From Lama glama (taxonomy: Eukaryota): a stretch of 64,000 nucleotides of DNA. Under the pieces are notes generated by a model. It searched no databases, had not been told where the DNA came from, and saw only the letters and a program-made list of their open reading frames with translations. The translations under genes were made by a program, and so were the position numbers. Location: positions 14,448,001-14,512,000 of the forward strand of contig CM052818.1 in assembly GCA_028534125.1 (NCBI GenBank), written 5' to 3'. Shown here one piece after another: positions 26,251 to 38,539 of the stretch. Within the stretch, counting starts at the first letter, position 1; every line of letters begins with the position of its first letter.

Positions 26251-28179
26251 TCACTCAAAGTTCTCAGCTTCCTACGTCAGTGGACACCAGACCAGCTGAG
26301 TGGACCTGAGCACAAGGACGGCCTCACTGCTTGTTTCCCTACCAAAAACTTCTTAGAATCAATTAGGAGTTTGTGTTTTTCAGAGGGAGTTCACACATTA
26401 TGTAACTGATTCTCACAGCAACCCCAGGAGAGTGGGGATGGCTGGCGTTCTCTGCTGCGCGGGTGTATAAAGCATCCCTCTTCCTCACACACATCCATTC
26501 AAATCCTATTACAAAAACGTTCTGACTGGTCTGTGAGCTTCCTGAGGACAGGGATTGAAACTGGACCCTAGTGACTAGCAAAGAGCTACACACAGAGGCC
26601 CTCCATAAGGCAGAATATTGACCAGGGGTTGTGTAACACCATTCATTATTCTAATGATTGGGCTTCCTACTCCAACAGGAGTTTTGTTTGTGGGTTTTTA
26701 AGGCAGGGAGCCTTAGCAGATCAGTTACAGTGTGAATTCCCCCTGGTGGAGGGGGAACAGAAACAGAAGATTCCAAAGCAATTGCTGAATCACAGAGTGA
26801 CCTGTGCCTCATTTTCCTCTCCCCAAAATCGCTGAGCAGAGAAGAGCGGCTCCTTACCTTATCCCACAAAGAGGGCTCGAGGGCCTGGGACACTATGTGT
26901 GCGGAGAGCTGTGAGCTCATATGAAAATGAGGTAAGAAAGGTCATCTTAGAATCCGTGGGTGATGACAATGGCTGAGAGGAGCTTCTGGGCCCCTCTCCC
27001 AGCTGACACCCAGCAGGTCTCGGCTCCTCTCCCTCAACTCCAGCCTCTCCCTTCCCAAAAAGCCATCTGAATTTACTACCCTGATGAAGAGTGCATGTGG
27101 TCCCAGGGCCAAGAACTCCTAGTCGCGCCTGGCTACAGTCAAGCCCACTAAGGAACGAGTATGACTTTAGAAATTGCTTCCTTGTGTTTCAAGGGAAAAA
27201 ATAACCTCCTGTCTCAAAACTGAAATCATATTTATTTGCAGATGAACACCAATTTTTTTTTAAGGCGGGAGTAGAGATTAGAAGGCACTGAGGGCTTGGG
27301 AGTAGCAGTTCTCAGGCCAAAATTAGTTTTCTCGTGGCTGTTTCTTCAGTTTAAAAGGCTACCCTTGCACATTTCTCTGGTATCTAAATTTGAGGCCCAC
27401 CTTTATTTGCTCAGAGTATTATTAACTGCCTGGCTTCCAGAAAGGCATTACTCACACGGCATCACCGTGAGCAAACGCATATTCGCGTTAGAGAAGTGGC
27501 ATTTGTTGTATTTACAGTCACACAATATAAAACTCTGAATGGCTACCACACCTAGAAGAACGGACTGCAGTTTCGCGCACTTTTACCTCTTTTGCTGTGT
27601 ATTAGCATTACCCTTAAATTTTTCTCCTGGTCCAACTGCTCTTGCTCACATCCCACTCAAAGGAAAAAGAAAACAAAAATGAAGCAATAACCTGATGCCT
27701 AATTCATTTGGGGGGAAGAGTTCCTCTCTCCAAATCCGGTAGTCCTGTGGGTTTCCCTCTCCTCTGCTTTCCACCAGAGTTAAGTAAATTCCCCAGTGCC
27801 CTGCAGAGTACAAGGGCTCTGTGAGGGAGGTCCCTGGGGTCCTATCAAAATTTCATTTTATCAGAAAAGTAGACAGACTGAGATAAGCCCTTCCTAAGTT
27901 ATAGTTTAGCTACCTCACAGAGCCAAAATCATTATCATGAGTGATTCATTCCTTCATTCAACACACTATTTACTACATGGCTGGTGAAGCCACCTCTTTC
28001 CTCAGGGAATAAGAGGCAACAGGGAAGGAGAGCCACTAACTCACTTTAAAACAGGCCTGTGCATTACTGCTTCATTACTTGACTCATGCATTCATATATT
28101 GCTTTGTTTATGGGCCAAGGAAGGGATGCAGGGATGAGCTAACACACAGACATCCTCCTCTGTCCTCCACTCATAGTAA

Positions 28180-28293
28180 CAGGTGCTTTCGTACATCACC
28201 CAGCTTGCCTGGGACTCAAGGAGTCCCTGGACATGGAACGCTCAGTGCTAAACTGGGAAAGTCTCTGTCAAACCAGGATGAGCTGGTCACCTG
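28180..28293. mobile_element. MER94-like hAT-Blackjack MITE
   Basis: cccagcttgcctgggact...tcagtgctaaactgggaaagtctctgtcaaaccaggatgagctggtcacc matches the palindromic MER94 consensus. Confidence 0.75.
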
Positions 28294-28299
28294 ACTTAT

Positions 28300-28455
28300 A
28301 TAATGTCCTAATTCAAGCTTCCCAACCACCCCAAGGGCTCCTTATTCTTCCCAGTTTTTACAGAGGAAGAAAATGGGGCTCAGTGAGGTCACTGGTGGAG
28401 CCAAGATTTGAATGCTGCCTTATGTGAATCCACAGCCCGCGTGCTTTCCACCACC
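28300..28455 (-). mobile_element. MIR fragment
   Basis: cccagtttttacagaggaagaaaatggggctcagtgagg...gagccaagatttgaa. Confidence 0.65.
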
Positions 28456-31262
28456 CTCGTGTTTCTGAAACGAGAGCTAAGATGTCCTAACTTCAACACA
28501 GCCTTCTCACCACTGCCAGGTTCTGGCCACTCTCCCCGACTGCTCCCCCAGCCACTGCCGCCCACTCTCTGCCGCAGACTCTGCAGCTGGGATCTCATCA
28601 GCTTGGCGGTTGTTCGCAGATAATACATTACCTCTCTCCACCACTGCAAGACTGATTTTTTTTTTATAGCAAGTTGTTTAAACCTCTGTAGGAATAAACG
28701 TCTCCCTCAATAAAAATCAGGGCACCGTTCGTTTTTAAGCACCAGAAACTCACTTTGCACGAGATTTGTATTCACCTCTCAACTACTATATGTTCAAGCT
28801 AGCAATCTACAGAATCTCACTGGCATTTAACAGTTCAGACTTTCAAAGACTCCACAAAAACTTTAAAAAGTTTTTCTTTTAAAAAAAAATCTAATGCAAA
28901 ATGCCAAGGCTGCATTCCAAAGGATAACCACCATTTGCTTGTCAGTGTCACCAAAATATCGTCAATACTTTGTGTAAGGATTTCAGGCCAAACACACACA
29001 CACACACACTCCTGCAACTAGTTGTACTTAAACTGATAGTTCTCACTCCAAAACTCCATCACAACTGCACTCTCAGTTGGGGGGGTAAAATTCACCCAAA
29101 TAATGACACAGCCTGTGTAACTTCCTTGCCACCAGGGAAGATCAGGGCCTCTGGACTTTTTATGTTCTGCTCACATTCTTCATGAATGAAGCGTGCCTCA
29201 GTGATCCTCAAATTAACTTTCCACTTGCATCATTTAAGCGTTTAAAAGAAGACTTTAAGGCCAGATCTTTCACAAGGCCTTTGTGAGACCAAATATAGGC
29301 CAGTCTGTGTCTCCATGCTACTGTGCGTGATTACTGGATTTGCTACTTAAAGGTCCTGTGCCTCTTGAAAACAAGGTTGGGGGAGAGAGAGAGAGAGAGG
29401 CAAAGAAAGGCCTTTCAAAAGCACACACAGTAGAGGCATTCAAGAATCTACAGAGGGCAGTTAAAGTGAGTTTGGCCACGGCCGGCATCTCTGACAACGT
29501 GCCGGACGCCCTGGATGCGGCACTAACCGCTTTGCATGCTTTTGATGAACTTGGGAGAGGCACTGCCACCGTGTCCTCAACCTACATCAAAAGTAACCAG
29601 ACTCAAGTGACTGCCTCCAACCCTGTGTACTTTCTAAAGGGGAACGTAAAACGGGGGTGTTTCAGCTGGGTGCACTCTCAGGCCAACTCAACGCTCTTCT
29701 AAACACGCTGAAGGAAGCCACACCCAGAACAGGTTTCGGGGGTGGGGGTTGAAGTCTCAAGTTCAAAAGTCTTGCCCTGCAGGGCACTGCTTGACCTCCC
29801 TAGGACCTGTAATAATAAAGTCTGTCCCTGATGACTGGGGGCCAGCTGCACACCAGGTACTGTGCCTGAAGAATTTCCATGGAGAATCTCACTTATTCTT
29901 CTGATAACCTTATTACATAGAACTCATATTACCCACCATCCCACAGGAGAGATAGCTGGCTCAGGCTGGTAAATAAATCGTCCTGATTTGGAAAGCAATT
30001 TGTCAAGAGGCATAGAAATACCACATAGTAAAAGTTTACAATGTTAAGTAAAAAAAAAAAAAAAGATACCAAGACAAAACTAAATCTATATAATGATTAT
30101 AATAACCATGTTAAATTGTATGTAGAAAAGAACTATCAGAAAGTTAAGATTTGTTGGGGCTACAGGATTTTACATGAATTATTCTTTCATTTGGAGGTAA
30201 CATAGTATGACTGTGAAATAATAAATGTAAAAATATTCTGGAGTAATACAAAGAAGAGCTGGAATGTGACTTTTGTCTATGAATAACCTTCAACCCTGCC
30301 TTTGAAGGAACACCATCTGAGTCACCTCCTGACTGCTGCTTTCACGACCCACGCCCCTTCCCCATCAGAAAGGTTCTGGAGTGGCGCCAGTCTGGAAGAG
30401 AAGTCACTCATCTTCCCACCCCTTTTCTTTCTTCTAAGGGGCAAAAGATTTTGGCCGACAAGTTGTAGCAGGTGCTTTTTCTCCCCTACCTAATCAATAA
30501 CCAGTAATTTTGAAGCTTCACCTGCAGACTCACAGGAAATGAGCACTTACCAAGTAACAGACATCTAATGTATTTCAAATCCACCTTTAACACCAAAACC
30601 TGAAGGCACTGCTGGGTAAGTCTGACAAACGTGAAATTGGACCAAAGTCTGACCAACTGCAAGACCAGCAACAGTCTTGCAGTTAGGACCATTTTACTAA
30701 GATGGAGTGGGGGCAGGAAGGGAGTATTTTTGCTTAAAAAGTAGCTTAAAAGTATACAAAAGGTTTAAGTCATGAATCAAGTATGGACTGAATAAGCCTC
30801 TACTTCCCAGGACACCATGTTGAAATTCTGGAAGAACATAGATAATGTAGCCCAGAGTATTTCTGTACATTAATACCAAATGGATAGATGAAAAAAAAAC
30901 CTGTGTTTTTTTTAACCTCACAAATTTCTAGAACTGCAGGATTAGCAAGTAAGAAAATCCTAGCCAAATTCTACAAAGAATTTCAAAGCTAAGAATTAGC
31001 CAACCATGCTTTAAAGCCCTGTAATCTGCTGGGGTAACACTAAACTCCCTTTAATTAACTATTATTCATTTGGATACTAGATTATTTTTATAGTCACTTA
31101 AAGGACCCAGTTTACTTTAAAAAAACACACATACGACTCCTTCCTTTAACACAGACTATAAATGAAACACAAATGTGAAATCTCAGAAAGGTCACAGCGT
31201 TTCTAGGACTATTTCCCTCTCGGCCCATGGGGAAGAGGGGCAGGCAGAGATGATTTCCAAGG

Positions 31263-31411
31263 CAGCGCTTCTTAGACTTGACTGTGCATACAAACCACTT
31301 GGGGACCTTGTTAAAATGAAATTATATGAGTCAGGAGGTTTGGGGTGAGCTTGAGACTCTGCATTTCTAACATACTCCCAGGTCACCTAGAGACCCCACT
31401 GAGTAATAAGG
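31263..31411. mobile_element. MER5-family (MER5B-like) hAT-Charlie element
   Basis: cagcgcttcttagactt...gtgcatacaaaccacttggggaccttgttaaaatg...ctgcatttctaacatactcccaggt. Confidence 0.8.
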
Positions 31412-31429
31412 TTCTAAGTACCTTGCAGT

Positions 31430-31930
31430 TCAAAATTCAAGAAGGGTATGTTGTTTCCAAGTTTCTCACCACAACAATGCCACAGCCTCCTAAATGGCCT
31501 CCTACTTCCTCTCTTGACCACCACCCACCCTCCACAACAATCACTGTACTCAGGAATCAGATCAGCCTGTCTTTAAGGGAAAAAAAACAGTCCGAACAAG
31601 TCATTCTTGTATTTAAAATCCTTCAGTAGCCTCCCACCACCTGCCTTACTTTCCAACTCTGTAACTTGACACATAGGACCATGCATCCTCTGGCATTTGT
31701 CTATTATCCTTCCTCACTCTGCACTCTAAACTCTGGTCACCCTGGCCCAGCTTGAATTCCCCTACCTGGGTCCCTCACCTGAACCAAGTTTACTTCTCCA
31801 CTTGCTTCTATTCATCAGTCAGCTCAGTCAGCATTTCCAACATAGCTGAAACACACTTACTCACACACTTCCTAACCAGAGGACAGGTGCTCACTGAAAA
31901 GCAGGCAGTCAAAAATATGTGTTAATAAAC
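31430..31930 (+). mobile_element. L2 fragment(s)
   Basis: aatggcctcctacttcctctcttgacc...ttaaaatccttcagtagcctccc...caggcagtcaaaaatatgtgttaataaa, degraded L2 pattern. Confidence 0.55.
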
Positions 31931-32629
31931 AAGCAGAACCACAAACGCAAGCCCTATATTGCTTAGATCAGTTTCATTTTATGATCTTATTTCCTAGGAG
32001 TCTTCTTGCTTTACATAAAGTAGCCCAGATTGGTGACCAACTAACGTGCCTTTACATGGCAAGTCCTTTGCACCCACGATATACAAACAACTGCCAAAGT
32101 TGTAATTAAGCCAATCAAGCAAAGAATATTGAAGTCAGAAAAAGGCTTTACAATGCCCCTATCATTTATTTCCCCTGTCATCAGTTTTTCATCACTGGGG
32201 CTTCTAAGCGTTGACAGAAACTTGTCAGGCCAAAGGGAGACAAGGCCCTCAGATCTAAAAATGGCTGAGGTCTACCTGGTGTATTTTGATAATGTGCACA
32301 GGAGTGATTCCAGTTGGAATAGATGAGTGGGTGTGAAGCCATGGTCCCCTGGAAACCTGAAGCTCTGACACAGTGTTAACCTCATTTGGGAGCTGAGGTG
32401 GCTGAGGCCCACGGATGTTAGATGGCTCCTCTAATTCAGGAGGGTAGAGTTCATTCCTGACTCACTAAGTTCCTTTTCCACTACTACACAATTTTGTTCT
32501 AAAACATACTTTTCCCCAACTCTTCATTCTTCAATAAGAAATCAGATACAATACTTGCTCCCATCTGGGAGGAATTCCTGCCATGTGTTCCTCCCAAACC
32601 CTCCCACCCCCAAATTACAAAAAGTATAG

Positions 32630-32806
32630 AAACGATCTCAGACTTACAGTGCACCAGTCACCTGGCAGGCTAGCTAAAAACTTATTACTAGGCCCCACCC
32701 ACAGAGTTTCAGATTCAGAAAGTCAGAAGCGGGGCCTGAGAATATATATTTCCGTCAAGTTCCGGTCATGCTGCTGCTGCTGCTAGTCTCATTTTGAGAA
32801 CCACTG
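32630..32806. mobile_element. MER5A hAT-Charlie element
   Basis: gtcacctggcaggctagctaaaa...ggccccacccacagagtttcagattcagaaagtc...ggggcctgagaat...ttttgagaaccactg. Confidence 0.8.
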
Positions 32807-35067
32807 TGATAAAGCAGTCCATAATACTAACTTCATTCATTTACTCCTTAACAGATACTTAGTGACTGCTACGGGTATATCAGACTTTTTTCTTTATGCT
32901 CCCAGACTTTGTAAAATGTAAGGAAAAAAAGAGGCAGAGACTCAAACCGGAAACAAAAGCAAAATCAAAGGAGAATGACCAAGTGCTCAGACTTTAAATC
33001 TCAAAGGAGAAGAATCCCAGCAGAGATTCTGATCACCTCTCCCTCAAGGAATACTGAGAATTTTAATGGCATCTGAACTGAACCTCAAAAAAATGACCCC
33101 GACACAAGAACTAATTCCCAGGGGCAGAAACAAGGAGAGCAGGGTCTCAAGGCCAGGAAAACGCAGGGGAGGTCGAGGGCACCATGGGTACCGTGGAGTA
33201 AGGGGCAGCTGGAGCTGGAGGTGGGAAGGTCGACTGGAGTCAAATCCCAAGAGATTTTGCAGGAAGGAGATTCCTTATCAGGGCCTGCCCTAGGGAGCTG
33301 ATGCAGCTGCATGGGGCAGGGGGGAAACGCTTTAGGAAACCACAGAGAAGCTCACACAGAGGAGGCGGCAGTAGGGCTGTGAACAGATGCCTTCCCAGGC
33401 CCAAGGCACGAGAAGAAGTGAAAAACTGGGAACACAGTCATTCAAAAAGCTTCCTCAGTAGAAGGGTATTCAGAGTCCCGTTATTTCAATGCCCCAAGGA
33501 AAGCGGTGTCTCCTCCTCAAAAGGAGTTATCTATTACCCTCCCCTTCCTCCTGACTGGTCTCCAAGAGTGCTTTCAGCAGTCCTCCCAAACACTGGACTT
33601 AAGCTCAAGGAATCAGTGTTCCTTGTCTGTCAGTGTTCCTAGCCCAACAAAACCCGAGAGCACCGCATGTCCCGAAGCAGTTCTGAGCTCGTTAGTTTTA
33701 ACGCAGTCACAATAGCTGGGTAACTGTGTCATGGCTCATGCCTAACCCACACTTTGTGGTCCTACAGGAGGAGATCAAATCTAGAGTCAGAAAACCTGGA
33801 TTCCAGAGATAGCCTCATACTGGTTGATCTCAATCCAATGATTTGTTTATCTACAGAAAGTAATAGAATATCTTTTATTCTAGGATTATTAGGATTATTA
33901 TTAATCTAAGGAAATACCCGCGTATTTAGAACTTATTAAGTACTAGATTCCATGCTGGGTACTTTGAGTAATCTCATTTAGTTAATTAAGCAAGATGATA
34001 CATACTAACGTTAAGTGCTATACATATTAATAATAACTGGTAGCAGTAGGGGGACATCATTCAAAAAGGATCCCAATTCACAAACCCATTAGGAACCTCT
34101 AAATTTTGAGCTGAAACTCAGGTAACTGGTGAAGGAGGGTTTGTTTTTTTTTTTTCAATTGATGGCTTATACTACAAAGTTTTCTGGCCTTAGAAAGTCC
34201 ACAGTATCATAGTACAATATTGGCAGCTATCCAAACCAAAACCCCAATCTTTTATGCTTTCAGTAAATCCAGGAATGCTCTTATAAATCCTGCCCTCTCC
34301 CCCAAAAAACCAGGGTTATCATTTGTCACCAAACCTTTTCACTGTCACAATGGGACCTATTTGAAGGCTATTACTTTATATCTAAGAACTTTAAGTTTTC
34401 CTTATGACAAGCAGGTGTAAACCCAGCAATCTTTCTCTAAGGTTTAAGAAATCACACAAGAAAAACATCTAGATACCGTAACAATCCGGAAAGTTCTTCT
34501 TAAAAACCTAAGAATACATTTTCATCATGATCCATGGGTGTAAACCCAGCAATATTCTTTCCCTAGCAGTTAAGAAATCAAAAAATGAAGAAATTAAAGG
34601 CAACCCTGAGACAGCATGCAATAAACTCCCTCCCATGGCCTGCAACTCTTCAGTCTCCCTCTATGTCCCCTCCCTCCCAGTGAAAACAGGCCACTTCACA
34701 GCTCCTTCTGGACAGTGGGACAAATTCACTGAGCCAGAACAGTTAAGAGAAAGCACCTTCTCCAGAAGGTGCTGGAGTCAGGGTCAGGCTGCAAAGGAGG
34801 CAGAAAAAGTTCATTTTGATGCTGTTACAACTCCACTCCATGGCCAGAACTGACGGAATCAGCGCTCTACGGGGCTGGTAGGCAGGCGAGGGAAGGAGCT
34901 TGGGGCAAGCATTTCACAAGGTCACCCTGCTTCTTTTATGGCAGAAATACAATATTAATATCTAGAAGTCTGGGAGTAGAAATTTCGAGAACAACAATGT
35001 GCAGCCTGACATCAACAGTACCTGGGACCCGGGACAAGCTGTTCAACTCCATCTTATCTCTCAAACC

Positions 35068-35296
35068 TGGGGGGGGGGCAATATGGGGGTAAGGGATTAA
35101 GAGGTACAAACTATTACAAATAAACTACAAGGATATATTGTAAAACACAGGGAATACAGCCAAATATAGCGAATATTTATAATATTATAAAGTATAACAC
35201 AAATAAAAAGTGAATCACTATATTGTACGCCTATAACATGTAAACTGTACATCAACTATAACTAAAAACTTTAATTAAAAACTTTAATTAAAAAAC
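35068..35296 (+). mobile_element. L1 3' end (L1MA/laurasiatherian type)
   Basis: ggggtaagggattaagaggtacaaacta...aaggatatattgtaaaacacagggaatacagcc...gaatcactatattgtac...tgtacatcaactata and an A-rich tail. Confidence 0.8.
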
Positions 35297-38200
35297 CACC
35301 TCATACATGTGCTGTGAAGACAAGATGAGACACCACAGGCAAAGCTCCTGCTAACTTGTCTGGTGGCAAACACCGCAAGAGACCTTTTTCCCACCAACTC
35401 AATGAGGAGCCAAGGAGAAGCATTATGGAATAATGGAATGTAAGCACAGTCTTAAACTGCAGGAAGGATTTCTATCAGGAAAAGGGAAGGGCAGGGCCCT
35501 TGAGGCAGAAAGCAGACTATGAAGGCAAAACCCAGGGCTGGGTTTCATGAAGAGCTGCAGGCCTGCACACCTGGAAGATTTATTTGGTTGGGTTGGAATG
35601 TAAGAGCTGGAATCGGAATTTCGTGGTCTGGGGCCATTTGGAGGAGGGTCCTGAGTGCCAGGCTGAGGAGCCTGGAATTTAATTTACACAACAGGCAGGA
35701 GCCACGGTTTCCGAGGAAGAGACCTAGCAGGAGGTCTGCCTCATAAGGAGTGGAGCCAGCTGATGTGAAACTGGAGAAAAGGTATCATCAGGATCCTCTG
35801 TTACTACAAACACATTTTTAAAAAAACACGTGAGGTTGAATTCTGTTTTGTTTCAGCATGCCTCTTTTAAAAAAGAAAAACCAAACAATGACTCCAACTT
35901 TATAAGATAGATGAACAGACTCTGAGGAAGGTGGTAACTTAATCTTGCAGGTGAAAAACGTGAAAGAGAGCTTGAGTGCACGTTGGGTGTGCCTGTCAGG
36001 TGCCTGCTCCGTGTCAGTGGGTAATGTTCAAAGCCATCAGGGGCGGAAAGTCCTGGCTGTGGTCTTCTACAAGGAGTTGTCAGTATGCAAGACATGCCTC
36101 TGCACCTCAAACCCTTACGTCAATGAAGTTTATTTTTAATCACACTTGCTTATTACTTACCAATAAATCTCGAGAAACAATTTTAATCTAAAAGACCAGA
36201 CTCATTTTAATATCGTATTTCCCTTAGCTAAAACATCAAAACTCAGTCTGATCCCTCCTGAAATTTCTAGAATCCAGTGTGAAAATATTTGAAACCAACA
36301 AAAATGCAGAAATATCTCCTACAAAAATTACAGTACTTTCAGACTCTCAGGTGTAGACGCTAAATGAATTAAGTTCATATAAGAAGCACTTAAAAAAAAA
36401 CCAGTACTGATTCAGATGAGCCGTTTGACAACAGAGGAGTATAAGTACTAGGAAAGATTAAAGAGGAAAAAGGCAGCTTAGTAGGCATGCACAAAATTAA
36501 ATTGGCAGATAGAATCTATATCAAAGATGTGATGACTGGAAAAACTACAAATACTGAACAGTAAGTAATAAATACCAGACTGTGAGTGGAAGATGGGGAT
36601 GGGAAAAGGTTATCAAAAATATTCCTAAAGTTGCTTAAAATGCAGTCAATTCCATTTGTTACTAAGGACGATGCCAACTGTTCATAATTCTCCTGGGATC
36701 CACCACACTTGAGCGTTAATTCACTTTCTCAGTTCCTCAACATGGGTGGTTTTCTGTTATAGAAATACCAACACTAAACTTGTGCAACCCTAAAACCACA
36801 ATATTTAGAAATAAGAAAGTTATCTGGAACTAAGTTAGGGTACAAAGGTCATTAAAACAAAAAAAAATCACACAAAACGTGAAGCTTGCCCCTTTTGAAA
36901 TAATTTCCTTGGGAAACACAACGTAAAATATCAGAGGCACCCCACTTTTTTAATTTAAATTTTACTTTTCCAGAGAGGACGGTTTAAGACATTTCCTGTG
37001 TGTAAGCTCCACCCTCGTCAGTGAGCAGTTTTACAGCCACACTCCAACCCTTCAGAATAACAGCCTTTTGTTATGGGTGGGCCTGTGGGCACACTCCTCC
37101 CCACACCTTCTTCTATTTTCTATTTGGTTTTGCATTTCTTCTGAGACTGCAGGAGAGGGCTGGCTGGACACTGGGGACAGGTCTTCTGATCCAGGATCCT
37201 CATGGGTGCGCTCTCAGCAGTGGGACACAATGAAGGAGGGAGCCTGGGTCGTTTGAAGAGGTGCATTCTGAATTCTCAGAATCTCAAACCTCAAACCTCA
37301 AACTCTGGGCCTTTGATCACACATCCAGAAGATAATGGACACCCCCCCACACACACACTCATCCATTTACCACCTACAAGTTCCCCTCACCACCCCTGGC
37401 CTCCACTAAGTTTTCCAAAAAGCAAATTCTACCTTCAGAGAGCTCAAGAGGAATGACGCAAAGATACACAGCCATTCCCTAGAGGGAACGGAGCTTCCCC
37501 TGAGCTAACTGCCTCAGGAATGCAGCAGGCCCAGCAAATGTTTAAAATCACGTCCTGCTCTGCCTCTTGTTTTCCAGAAAAGTGTCATTACTGTCAACTA
37601 TTTCACAAGACAAATAAACCTGTGAATGAAAGATCTCCTCCCCCCTCTTCCCAGTGAAAACATTCTAGGACGGAGATGCTTCCTTCCTTCCTCCTCCTCC
37701 TCCTCCTCACAGGAACCACATTTGTGGCACTAACAGGAGTTAAAATAAGAAACATACAAGGTCTGCAAAGGCTACTTTTTCCACTAGAGCCATTCCCATC
37801 CTACCACTTCCAGGGGCTTCCTAACCGAAGGAGTCCTGTCTTCAGTGAGGAATCCTTTCTCATGTATAAGCTCCAAGACGTGGCCGGCCAGGCCCGCTGG
37901 CAGGGCCAAAGGCTGCAGGGGCCACTCCCGCTGCAGGCCCTCACCCCACACACTGCTCTCCATTAAAATATGTGAGGTAAAATATTAGAGTCATTCAGTT
38001 TGTCTGAGACTCACACAGACTCCAAGTAACCTGTAATTGATCCAACTAATCCAACCCAAAGCATTGGAATGACAATAATGGTTTTTATTATAAATTACAC
38101 AGCCCAGTAAATTGATGGGAAGGCTCTATCCCAACACAATACATCAAAAGAGTTAAAATTAAGCTTCAGAATCAAAACTGTAATTTACCCAAGGCTTAGG

Positions 38201-38539
38201 AACAAAAAGACCACTCCCTCCTCCCCTTTGCTATTGTTCTACAGGGTGTCCGGTGGTGCACTTTACACCTTTAAGCTTCCCAGAGGTAAGAGGATGGGGG
38301 CTGGGAGACAGAGGCTACCGAGAATCAAATACTTGCATGCTAATAGGTTTATTAGCACCGATACGGCGAGATGCAAGACAGCTAAAAGGTCAGAAAATGT
38401 GTGTGCAGTGGGCATCAGATACCTGCCAACCAAGAAAGCAAAAGGGAAACTGGAGAGAGAGGGGGGGGGGGGGAGAGAGACTCCAAATGGTGGCTTTTCT
38501 GGAGTAGAGAGTGAGAAACTGTCTCCTGTAAGTAGTGAA

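Noticed and set aside
29340..29702. 120-aa plus-strand ORF with a helical-looking stretch (VPDALDAALTALHAFDELGRG)
   Set aside because: Non-ATG start, includes a (GA)n microsatellite, and shows no family I recognise, no poly(A)/TSD and no splice support. Treated as a chance ORF; BLASTP would settle it.
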